A stretch of 64,000 bases of DNA, taken from a candidate division WWE3 bacterium RIFOXYC1_FULL_40_10. Its GTDB lineage: Bacteria; Patescibacteriota; WWE3; UBA101185; UBA10185. Below, piece after piece: positions 9,047 to 17,645 of the stretch; position 1 is the first letter of the stretch, and the number at the start of each line of letters is the position of its first letter. The notes below the pieces were generated by a model. That model saw only the letters and a program-made list of their open reading frames with translations. It did no database searches and was not told where the DNA came from. Made by a program: the position numbers and the translations under genes. Location: positions 322,473 through 386,472 of the forward strand of contig MEWB01000001.1 in NCBI GenBank assembly GCA_001773215.1. The letters run 5' to 3'.

Positions 9047-10861
9047 ATGAAAATAAGGAATATCGCGATAATTGCACACGTAGACCATGGAAAGACCACA
9101 ATAGTTGATGGGATGTTGAAGCAGTCAAAAACTTTTAGAGAAAACGAAGTTATGATGCAACAGGATCTGATAATGGATTCAAATGATCAAGAAAGGGAAC
9201 GGGGAATCACAATCCTGGCTAAGAATACCGCAGTTATTTACAAAGATACAAAAATTAATATTATCGATACCCCCGGACATGCTGATTTTGGCGGTGAAGT
9301 GGAAAGAACCTTGAATATGGCAGACGGAGCCTTGTTGGTGGTTGATGCGCAAGAAGGGCCCATGCCCCAAACGAAATTCGTTTTAAGAAAGGCGTTGGAT
9401 CTAGGATTAAAAATTATAGTGGTAGTAAACAAGATTGATAAGCCGAACTCACGCGTGTCGTGGACAATTTCTAAAATTAATGACTTATTTCTTGAACTTG
9501 CAACTCATGAAAGCCAGTTAGATTTTCCAATTGTTTTTGCCTCGGGAAAGTCAGGAAAATCATGGGAAAAAATGCCCCTAAATTTTGAAGAACCGGCAAC
9601 CTTAACTCCGGTATTTGATGCAATTTTAGAATATGTTCCAGCACCCAGCTGTGAGCCGGATAAGCCGTTTCAAATGCTTGTTTCTTCGCTTGATTGGGAA
9701 AGTTATATAGGTAAATACGTGATTGGAAAAATTCGAAGGGGAAAATTACTAACCGGCGAGAAAATTTCGATTCTAAAATCGGACGGTACTAGTGTGAGTG
9801 CACTTGCTGAAAAAATATTTACTTATCAGGGATTAAAACGAATCGAAACAGCCGAGGGTATTTCTGGAGATATTGTGGCTATCACCGGAATAAAGGAAGT
9901 TGAAATAGGAGATACACTTGTTGATCCTAAATTTCCTGATGCATTGCCTGCTATTAAGCTCGAGGAACCTACACTAAGAATTACGATAGGGCCAAATACT
10001 TCGCCATTAATGGGTAAAGAAGGGAAGTTTGTTACAAGTCGCCAACTATTGGAAAGAATAGAAAGAGAGCTCCACACAAATATTGCCATGAAATTTAGAA
10101 TTTCTGAAGAGGGTAAGTACGTTCTCTCGGGTCGTGGTGAACTCCACCTATCGGTATTTTTGGAAACACTTCGAAGAGAAGGTTATGAGATGGAGGTAAG
10201 TATGCCAAATGTTATAACCAAAGTCATTGATGGCATAGAGGTAGAGCCGATTGAAGAGCTAACCATTGATGTTGATAACCTATACGTTGGGGCTATAAAA
10301 AGCGAGGTAGGAAGGCGAAGGGGAATGCTAATCAATCAGGAGGATATTTCTACTGAGTCAACCAGGCTTGTATTTGAGATAACTACTCGCGGGATTTTGG
10401 GTCTTAGGGGAGCGTTGCTTACGTTAAGCAAGGGAACTTCGGTGATTAGTTCGGTGTTTTTGAGAAATGGCCCCATGGGTGCAGTTTTGGCAAAAACCCG
10501 AAAGGGAGTATTAATAGCCTCCCATTCAGGAAAAGCCGCCGCCTATGGATTGGTTTCTGCGCACGACAAAGGTCCGGTTTTTATTCCGCCTCAAACTATG
10601 GTTTATGCGGGAATGATTGTGGGCATAAACGGCCGGGACGAGGATTTGGAAATAAATGTATGTAAAGAAAAACAATTAACAAATAACCGGTCAGTAGGCG
10701 AGGAAGGTATAATTTTGCCTCCACCGCTCGTGTTAAGCCTTGAGCAATATATTGGTTTTTTGGAGGATGATGAATTACTGGAGATTACTCCAAATAGTCT
10801 TAGATTGAGAAAAAAGATTCTCGACTTTACAAAAAGAAAAAGAGCTTCTAAAGCTCAGTGA
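9047..10861 (+). CDS. typA: Translational GTPase TypA/BipA
   Basis: IRNIAIIAHVDHGKTT, DTPGHADFGGEVER, GRGELHL; start ATG 9047 after TATAAT at 9032. Confidence 0.97.
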   Translation: MKIRNIAIIAHVDHGKTTIVDGMLKQSKTFRENEVMMQQDLIMDSNDQERERGITILAKNTAVIYKDTKINIIDTPGHADFGGEVERTLNMADGALLVVDAQEGPMPQTKFVLRKALDLGLKIIVVVNKIDKPNSRVSWTISKINDLFLELATHESQLDFPIVFASGKSGKSWEKMPLNFEEPATLTPVFDAILEYVPAPSCEPDKPFQMLVSSLDWESYIGKYVIGKIRRGKLLTGEKISILKSDGTSVSALAEKIFTYQGLKRIETAEGISGDIVAITGIKEVEIGDTLVDPKFPDALPAIKLEEPTLRITIGPNTSPLMGKEGKFVTSRQLLERIERELHTNIAMKFRISEEGKYVLSGRGELHLSVFLETLRREGYEMEVSMPNVITKVIDGIEVEPIEELTIDVDNLYVGAIKSEVGRRRGMLINQEDISTESTRLVFEITTRGILGLRGALLTLSKGTSVISSVFLRNGPMGAVLAKTRKGVLIASHSGKAAAYGLVSAHDKGPVFIPPQTMVYAGMIVGINGRDEDLEINVCKEKQLTNNRSVGEEGIILPPPLVLSLEQYIGFLEDDELLEITPNSLRLRKKILDFTKRKRASKAQ

Positions 10862-11252
10862 TGGCTATAGACTCGATGGTTGTAGATTCTGCATAACCCC
10901 ATCCAAAATTGCCGGATACTTGTACGTGTTTACCAATAAAGTCTTCCAAGTTAAAAAAACCATCTGTAGGTTCGGCTATTTGTAGGCTGTTAACATAAAT
11001 AGGTCTGCCGACCGAACTTTCTTCTAACAAATAAGGCTCATCAAAGTAGAAGTTATACCAATAGTCCCCTAATTCCAATTCCGGGGGAATTAGATCCTTT
11101 TTAATAGTCCCTTTAAATGTGTGATACCTGAGGGCGGTATCAACTAATGGTTTCATGCATGTGAGGGATTTATAGTAGGCTCCTGCGGTAAAAGAAATGA
11201 CAGGAATGAAAACAGCGGCTAAGACTAAGATACCCTTACATTTGGAGCACAT
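10848..11252 (-). CDS. Membrane-anchored hypothetical protein
   Basis: 134-aa ORF with N-terminal TM. Confidence 0.6.
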   Translation of the reverse strand: MCSKCKGILVLAAVFIPVISFTAGAYYKSLTCMKPLVDTALRYHTFKGTIKKDLIPPELELGDYWYNFYFDEPYLLEESSVGRPIYVNSLQIAEPTDGFFNLEDFIGKHVQVSGNFGWGYAESTTIESIAITEL

Positions 11253-11344
11253 GTATATATATTACTACTTTTCCGATGACTCGGGTATTAAGTTTGCGCT
11301 GAAGGTGTTGTCGAAAAGCCGAAAATGACCTAAAATATACTATT

Positions 11345-12412
11345 ATGCCCATTAAAACTTCCGTTTTTATACCTGTAGCTGCTGTATTACTTATTCCACT
11401 CAGTTTCCTGGTTCTATCTAAAAGCAGGCCAGATAAAAGTTCTACTGAATCAGAAAAAGCAATCACTTTGGAAGTGAATAATCAGTATGTGTCACCAATA
11501 AGTATTGATTATCTGAGATCACTCGATATTCAAGCTGATTCAGTGAAGATTGAAGATGAATTGACGGCGGGAACTAATTACAGAAAATACCTAGCAAGTT
11601 ACTATAGTGAAGGAAATAAGGTGTACGGCCTGTTAACAGTACCCACGGTGGCTACCCCCGAGGGTGGTTTTCCGGCCATAGTTTTTAACCATGGGTACAT
11701 TCCACCGGCACAATATAAAACAACTGAAGGCTATGTAGCTTATGTAGATAACCTTGCGAGGAACGGCTTTGTGGTTTTTAAAATCGATTATCGCGGAAAC
11801 GGGGAATCCGAAGGCGATCCATCAGGTTCCTACTTTTCTTCAGCCTATACAATAGATACAATCTCTGCGCTAAAGAGCTTACAAAAGTTTGAGACTGTTA
11901 ATCCTAATCGAATCGGAATGTGGGGACACAGTATGGCGGGCAATTTAGTGTTAAGAGCTATGTTGGTATCAAGTGAGATAAAAGCGGGGGTTATTTGGGC
12001 GGGTGCTGTGTATAGTTATCGGGATTTTGTTGCCTATAGGATTAATGATACAAGTTATGCGCACCGGCCATTTGAGACAAAAGAAGGAGAAGAGCAAAGA
12101 AACAGGGAAACCTCTCCTAATATTCAGAAAATTAGAGAGGACCCGGATTCCGTAGATTTTGCTGATCCCTTTTGGACCTCTATATCGCTAACCGCAAACC
12201 TTAAATACTTGGAAAATCCTATACAGATTCACCATGCACTAGATGACGCTGTAGTGGATGTTGGCTATTCAAGAGACCTGGTAGAGGTTCTTAAAACCGC
12301 TAACAAACTCTATGAGTTTTACGAATACGACGGAGGAGGCCATAATATAACATCTCCCTATTTCGAAACTGCAATGGAAAGAACAGTAGAGTTTTTTAGA
12401 AAAACGCTCTAG
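11345..12412 (+). CDS. Exported alpha/beta hydrolase (peptidase S9-like)
   Basis: NHGYIPP, DYRGNGES, GHSMAG nucleophile motif, C-terminal His. Confidence 0.9.
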   Translation: MPIKTSVFIPVAAVLLIPLSFLVLSKSRPDKSSTESEKAITLEVNNQYVSPISIDYLRSLDIQADSVKIEDELTAGTNYRKYLASYYSEGNKVYGLLTVPTVATPEGGFPAIVFNHGYIPPAQYKTTEGYVAYVDNLARNGFVVFKIDYRGNGESEGDPSGSYFSSAYTIDTISALKSLQKFETVNPNRIGMWGHSMAGNLVLRAMLVSSEIKAGVIWAGAVYSYRDFVAYRINDTSYAHRPFETKEGEEQRNRETSPNIQKIREDPDSVDFADPFWTSISLTANLKYLENPIQIHHALDDAVVDVGYSRDLVEVLKTANKLYEFYEYDGGGHNITSPYFETAMERTVEFFRKTL

Positions 12413-12413
12413 C

Positions 12414-12542
12414 CTATTCTTTTGGTAGGTGGATATTTGGCGCAATATTTATCAAATTGTTATTAGGCACAGGTTGCTTTATGACCAAAAATAAGGCGAT
12501 TAGAACAACCGACACTATAACAAGTAGTAGAAAGAGCCTCAT
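12414..12542 (-). CDS. 42-aa single-TM small protein (absent from ORF track)
   Basis: MRLFLLLVIVSVVLIALFLVIKQPVPNNNLINIAPNIHLPKE fills the intergenic gap. Confidence 0.5.
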   Translation of the reverse strand: MRLFLLLVIVSVVLIALFLVIKQPVPNNNLINIAPNIHLPKE

Positions 12543-12604
12543 ATACCAATTGTGACATTAATTAGCAAGTAGTTCAAACAGCAGACACTTGATAGAATAA
12601 TTAT

Positions 12605-14122
12605 ATGAAACTTAGGCTGTTGATTTCGGCGTTACTATTTGGTGTTTGTTTTCCTTTAGTAAGTTCCGTCGACTTTAAGCAAAACGACGATTGGATATAT
12701 TACAGAAATGCTGTGTCGTTTCTGTCGGGGGATTTCACTTTAGATCCCTACATGGGGCCAACATTTTATACCCAAGGAATTTTAGGGGCAGGTTATATAT
12801 ATTTCTTTGGAGGAGATACCCTCCCTGTACTATCCCTTCTATTTTCCGTAGGTAGTTTTTATTTGTTTACAACTATTTTGAGCAGATTTTTAAAGCTTAC
12901 CTCGATAGATTCCGTAATGCTGGGTATGCTTCTATTTGTTAACCCACTAAACGTTCATTCCTTTTTGGGATTTATGACAGAGGCGTATTTTCTATTTTTG
13001 ATGCTTTTGTGTCTTTACCTGTTCTTATTCTACTTGGATAATCCGGATTTACGACAATACGTGCTCCTTGTATGTGCTATAGTGATCGCGTTTTTTTCGA
13101 GGCAGGTGGTTTTGTTTATGCCGCTGGGATTTGCAGTCTTTGGTGTACTCACTAAAAAACCCAAAACTGCATTACTTAGTTTTGCAACTTTCCTGGGACT
13201 TGCAGTTTATTATAAGTTTCTGTTTCCGGCTAGTCCTGCAATGCAAACTAAGGCTTTTTCACCTCACCACTTGCTTGAGTTCGACTACTCGTTTGCAATA
13301 TTTTACGGCATACTAATATTGTTGACGGCATTTGTTACGCCTTTGGTTGTAAACGCTATCATTCCCGATAACCGGCCTAATATAGCTAAAGCTCTCGTAC
13401 TGCTAATTTTCGCTGTCTTATTATATTTTGGTTCAGCCAAATTATTCAAACCTGACACTGTATCCTGGGGTGAATTTCCATATTTTGAGAATACTCTAGA
13501 AAGATCAGGTTTTTATCCCCGTGGTGTGTTTGGTACTAAATATCTATTTAAATGGAATTATGACCTGTACAGGTATTGGGATTTGGGTTCAAAACTGCTT
13601 GTCGGGTTGCTAGTGTCAAGCCTATTCGTTTTTAGAAGAAAAATCTTAAATTTATATTCGGTTTTAATAGTTACGTACATGTTAGTTATGATTGTTACCC
13701 AGCGTTTTTTTGATCGCTATCTGTTGGAGCTCATTCCCCTGTTTATCATGTTCTTATTAAAAATTAAAGAGCGCTTAAGATTTAGTTATCCTTATAGAAG
13801 TGTGATAGCGGGCTTCACACTGTTTTTAGCGTTTTACTCATACCAGTTTGGGATGGATTTTGTAGGTGTGAATAAATACATCTGGAATAAATCTGAAGAA
13901 ATTGTTGAACGCGAAAAGATAGAGCCCTCTAAAATTCAAGGTACTAACGCGTGGAAGTTAAGCTATCGCAATTATGTGGGAGATTACAAATACACCTTTT
14001 CGTACGATTCTCCGGATGTAAACCAAGGATTCAAAGATAACTGGACTCTTGTAGAAGAGCACCAAATTAACTACCCCCTTAATATTTTTATTGAACCAAA
14101 AATCTATCTCTATCGAAGGTAA
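12605..14122 (+). CDS. GT-C fold membrane glycosyltransferase
   Basis: NDDWIY acidic motif, FMTE, RQ, about 13 TM. Confidence 0.78.
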   Translation: MKLRLLISALLFGVCFPLVSSVDFKQNDDWIYYRNAVSFLSGDFTLDPYMGPTFYTQGILGAGYIYFFGGDTLPVLSLLFSVGSFYLFTTILSRFLKLTSIDSVMLGMLLFVNPLNVHSFLGFMTEAYFLFLMLLCLYLFLFYLDNPDLRQYVLLVCAIVIAFFSRQVVLFMPLGFAVFGVLTKKPKTALLSFATFLGLAVYYKFLFPASPAMQTKAFSPHHLLEFDYSFAIFYGILILLTAFVTPLVVNAIIPDNRPNIAKALVLLIFAVLLYFGSAKLFKPDTVSWGEFPYFENTLERSGFYPRGVFGTKYLFKWNYDLYRYWDLGSKLLVGLLVSSLFVFRRKILNLYSVLIVTYMLVMIVTQRFFDRYLLELIPLFIMFLLKIKERLRFSYPYRSVIAGFTLFLAFYSYQFGMDFVGVNKYIWNKSEEIVEREKIEPSKIQGTNAWKLSYRNYVGDYKYTFSYDSPDVNQGFKDNWTLVEEHQINYPLNIFIEPKIYLYRR

Positions 14123-14155
14123 CAGGTAAACCGAGTTTGCGATATAATATCAAGA

Positions 14156-14884
14156 ATGAGAGCCGTTAAAATTATTACTGTATTTACGCTTGTGTTATGT
14201 TATTTGTATTTTTCTTACGCCAGATTTTATAACTATATTGGAGAGCTTGATCTTAGGAGCCCTTACACCACAAAGGCGTTTGATATTGATAACCCTTTGG
14301 GTAACGGCTTTGCTAAGTATGTAGCCCTCGGTGATAGCCTTAGTGCGGGCGTAGGAAGCTTGGATACTAAGAATACTTTTGTGTATGATTATGCTCTTAA
14401 ACTATCTTCGACTTATCAAAAGGTAAGTGTAGTAAACCTTGGGGAGCCAGGAGCGACTACTTACGACTTGATTAACAGACAGCTCCCTGAGGCAATTTTG
14501 GCACAGCCTGACTATATTACACTTCTTATTGGAACAAATGATATACATTGTAGAAGTAGTGCCGTCAATTTTGAGCGAAATTACAGCCAAATTTTACAAG
14601 AACTGCTAAGTAAAACTAACGCCCAAATTATTGTAATTAACCTACCCTACCTTGGCTCCGAAAAAATTGCGTATCCGCCTTATAATTTGGTTTTGGATTT
14701 TCGCACGAAACAATTTAATAGAATTATTAGTAGCTTAGTAGATTCAGACCGATTGAAACTGGTCGATTTGTATGAGGCCTCCTATGATTTTGCTAAAAAC
14801 TCACCCGACTTTTATTCAACAGACTTATTTCATCCGTCTGATACCGGTTATGCCCTTTGGGGGAAGTTAATTAATGCATATTAG
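14156..14884 (+). CDS. SGNH/GDSL hydrolase with N-terminal anchor
   Basis: LGDSLSAG, IGTND, DLFHPS. Confidence 0.92.
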   Translation: MRAVKIITVFTLVLCYLYFSYARFYNYIGELDLRSPYTTKAFDIDNPLGNGFAKYVALGDSLSAGVGSLDTKNTFVYDYALKLSSTYQKVSVVNLGEPGATTYDLINRQLPEAILAQPDYITLLIGTNDIHCRSSAVNFERNYSQILQELLSKTNAQIIVINLPYLGSEKIAYPPYNLVLDFRTKQFNRIISSLVDSDRLKLVDLYEASYDFAKNSPDFYSTDLFHPSDTGYALWGKLINAY

Positions 14885-15920
14885 TTACTACCAAACTGTC
14901 TTAGTTATAGCCTTTTTAGTGGTGGCAATCATTTTAACGGCAAAAAGTGATTATAACTCCCACGGTTTGAGCCCTGCCCACACAAATGAGCTTAAGGGTG
15001 TAGCAATTTTGATGGTTCTGTTTTCGCATATAGGCTATTTTCTGTTTTCCGATCATACTTTTTTGTATCCTTTATCAGTGGCAGGTGGTGTGGGAGTTAA
15101 CATCTTCCTATTTTTGTCGGGATATGGACTAACCAGATCTGAGGCTAAGGTTCATCTTGGAATTATGCCCTTTTATGCCAAGAGGCTCGGTAAAATCTTC
15201 CTCCCGATGTGGTTTGTGCTAGTAGCAACCTTACTTTTGGACAAGTATTTAATTGGACTAACCTATCCTTCAAGTACAATCATTCCCAACCTATTGGGCT
15301 TTTTTCCTAACTCGGATTTGTATACTGCAGTCAATTCACCTCTATGGTATTTTTCTCTGATCCTTTTTTATTACTTACTATTTCCCGTGATATATAAAAA
15401 AAGATATGCCGGATTATCAGTGGTATTGGTTGCAGTTTTGGGGTATCTGGCTACCAGGTTACCGCTACCTGTAACTAAAGATGTGCTAAAGCTTTATCAG
15501 TTGCATTATTTGGCATTTCCTTTGGGGATGTTGTTTGCACATGTTCGAGTGTGTAGGGAGGGCGGATGTCATATTCCTGCGCTAGTGTCGTACCCGCTTG
15601 TTGTTTTACTTTGCGCGGGTTTCGCCTATACAGCTATAAACTCGGGAATCGGGGAAGAAGTTTGGCTTGAGCAGCTAATTAGCTTGGTATCCACTTGTCT
15701 GGTGGTACTTATTTTCATAGTTAAATCCTTCCGCATAGGTTTTCTTTCATTTTTAGGAAGATATTCTTATGAAATTTACCTAATTCAGTGGCCGCTTATG
15801 TATCGGCATGACTTTATATACAAGTACACGCCACCGTTTTTGGGCACCTTAATATATTTAGGTGTGCTAGTTTTGATAGGTTTTTCGATTAATAAAATAA
15901 TGAAACTGGCTAAAGTATAG
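14874..15920 (+). CDS. Acyltransferase family 3
   Basis: LKGVAILMVLFSH, GVNIFLFLSGYGL, FYAKR, YSYEIYL. Confidence 0.88.
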   Translation: MHISYYQTVLVIAFLVVAIILTAKSDYNSHGLSPAHTNELKGVAILMVLFSHIGYFLFSDHTFLYPLSVAGGVGVNIFLFLSGYGLTRSEAKVHLGIMPFYAKRLGKIFLPMWFVLVATLLLDKYLIGLTYPSSTIIPNLLGFFPNSDLYTAVNSPLWYFSLILFYYLLFPVIYKKRYAGLSVVLVAVLGYLATRLPLPVTKDVLKLYQLHYLAFPLGMLFAHVRVCREGGCHIPALVSYPLVVLLCAGFAYTAINSGIGEEVWLEQLISLVSTCLVVLIFIVKSFRIGFLSFLGRYSYEIYLIQWPLMYRHDFIYKYTPPFLGTLIYLGVLVLIGFSINKIMKLAKV

Positions 15921-17589
15921 TGCTTATAGAACTATTGTTGAGATTTATGCCATCCTTGAAATGCACATTTGGCCAGTAGTGCTTGATTTGCTGTACTATA
16001 TAATCACCTGAAACTTTCTCGGGTAGAAGCACGTAATCCGCGCCCAATGTTTTAAAAACCCGAGCAGTTTCTGCATCGGTGGCTCTTAGAACGACCACAA
16101 TCTCCCTGTTTACCCGTTTTGCAGTACTTAATAATAGTTCGTTGTCGGAAACATCGGAAGCCGTGCAAATAACAAGTTTGGCTGACTCTATCTGCAAGGA
16201 TTCAAATATCTCAGGGTTGCCTATATCACCGTATATCGCATTGATACCTTGGTTCACTAGTTCTTGCACTAGTGTGGGATTGAAATCCATTGCAATAAAT
16301 GGAATTTGATTTTCCTGCAGGTAGTTAATAATGGGACCACCCACACGATGTGCGCCGATGATAACAATATGCTCAAACAGCTTGTCTTTATTCTTTCTTT
16401 CTAAATAATGGGACTTATCCGGCTTTTCTAACAAACTAATTAAGGGTAAGAGTGGTTTATATAATTTCTTTGATAAAGAGATACTGATTGACGAAAGCGT
16501 GATTGATAATACGGCAACAGCAGCCATAATCGAAAGTGTAATAGGATCGATTAAGTCTGCATTTACACCAACCATAAGGACTATTAGCGAAAACTCAGAT
16601 ACCTGTGATAAGTTTAATGCTGTTTGAAAAAGCGTGTGTTTCCTAAAACCAAATCTCCCAAGTAAAAACATATATATAATAGGTTTAAATATAAGTGCAT
16701 ATAACGTGAAAATAGCTATGATAGGAAGGGAGGAGACAAAATCTTTAAAATCAGCTGTGGACCCTAAATATATAAAGAATAAAGCCAGGAAAAAGTCCCT
16801 TGTCGGTTTTATTTTCGCCTGAATTTGTAGATGATAAGGGGAAGACGCAAGAGCTATCCCTGCAAGAAACGCGCCAATTTCTATGGAAAAACCTGCAAAA
16901 ATGGCTAGTGCTGTGAAAGAAAAACACCAAGCTATTGAAGTGATATAAAGTAGCTCGGCAGAGTGTGCCGTATATTCGAATAGCTTATTTAATAGGTGCT
17001 TTGATAGGAAAAAGGTTAAGATCAATAACCCAACAATTTTGAGTAGTGGAAGGCCGTTTTGTAAACTCAAGTCAAAGTTAGAGTTAATGACCGAAATAAA
17101 CATTAGCACGAAAATTGCTACTAAATCCTCTACTAGAAGTATTCCAATGGATAACTTTCCAAATAAGGATGATAAATCTCGGCTTTCCAAAAGCATTTTT
17201 ACAACCACAACTGTTGAGGAAAAAGATAGGCCAAGTCCTAAGTAAATTCCCTCAGCACTGCCAAAGCCCAATAATTTTGCTATTCCGAAACCGAGTAGTG
17301 TGGAAATTATTATCTGCCCCACTGCTGCAATAAAAATAGGCCTACCAAGTGATTTAAGTTCACTGAGCTTTAGTTCCATTCCAATTAAAAATAATACAAA
17401 AGCGATGCCGATTTTCGGCAGAACTTCGAAAACAGGCGAATTGCCTAGATCAAACAACCTTAGTACTGCTAGGATTAATCCCGAAAGCAGATAAGCTACT
17501 ACCAATGGAAGTTTAATCTTAAAAACAATAAGCCCAATGAAGGAAGAGAGAGCTAGGACAAGGGCAAGCTGATAAAAAATATTATCCAT
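15910..17589 (-). CDS. Kef-type cation:proton antiporter with TrkA-N domain
   Basis: LFLIGMEL, FSSTVVVVK, ILLVEDL, IGAHRVG, IYGD. Confidence 0.92.
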   Translation of the reverse strand: MDNIFYQLALVLALSSFIGLIVFKIKLPLVVAYLLSGLILAVLRLFDLGNSPVFEVLPKIGIAFVLFLIGMELKLSELKSLGRPIFIAAVGQIIISTLLGFGIAKLLGFGSAEGIYLGLGLSFSSTVVVVKMLLESRDLSSLFGKLSIGILLVEDLVAIFVLMFISVINSNFDLSLQNGLPLLKIVGLLILTFFLSKHLLNKLFEYTAHSAELLYITSIAWCFSFTALAIFAGFSIEIGAFLAGIALASSPYHLQIQAKIKPTRDFFLALFFIYLGSTADFKDFVSSLPIIAIFTLYALIFKPIIYMFLLGRFGFRKHTLFQTALNLSQVSEFSLIVLMVGVNADLIDPITLSIMAAVAVLSITLSSISISLSKKLYKPLLPLISLLEKPDKSHYLERKNKDKLFEHIVIIGAHRVGGPIINYLQENQIPFIAMDFNPTLVQELVNQGINAIYGDIGNPEIFESLQIESAKLVICTASDVSDNELLLSTAKRVNREIVVVLRATDAETARVFKTLGADYVLLPEKVSGDYIVQQIKHYWPNVHFKDGINLNNSSISTIL

Positions 17590-17645
17590 GTGTTTTATTA
17601 TATGGCCTTAGATTGTTTACTACAATGTGAAGTCTACTGCTGGAT

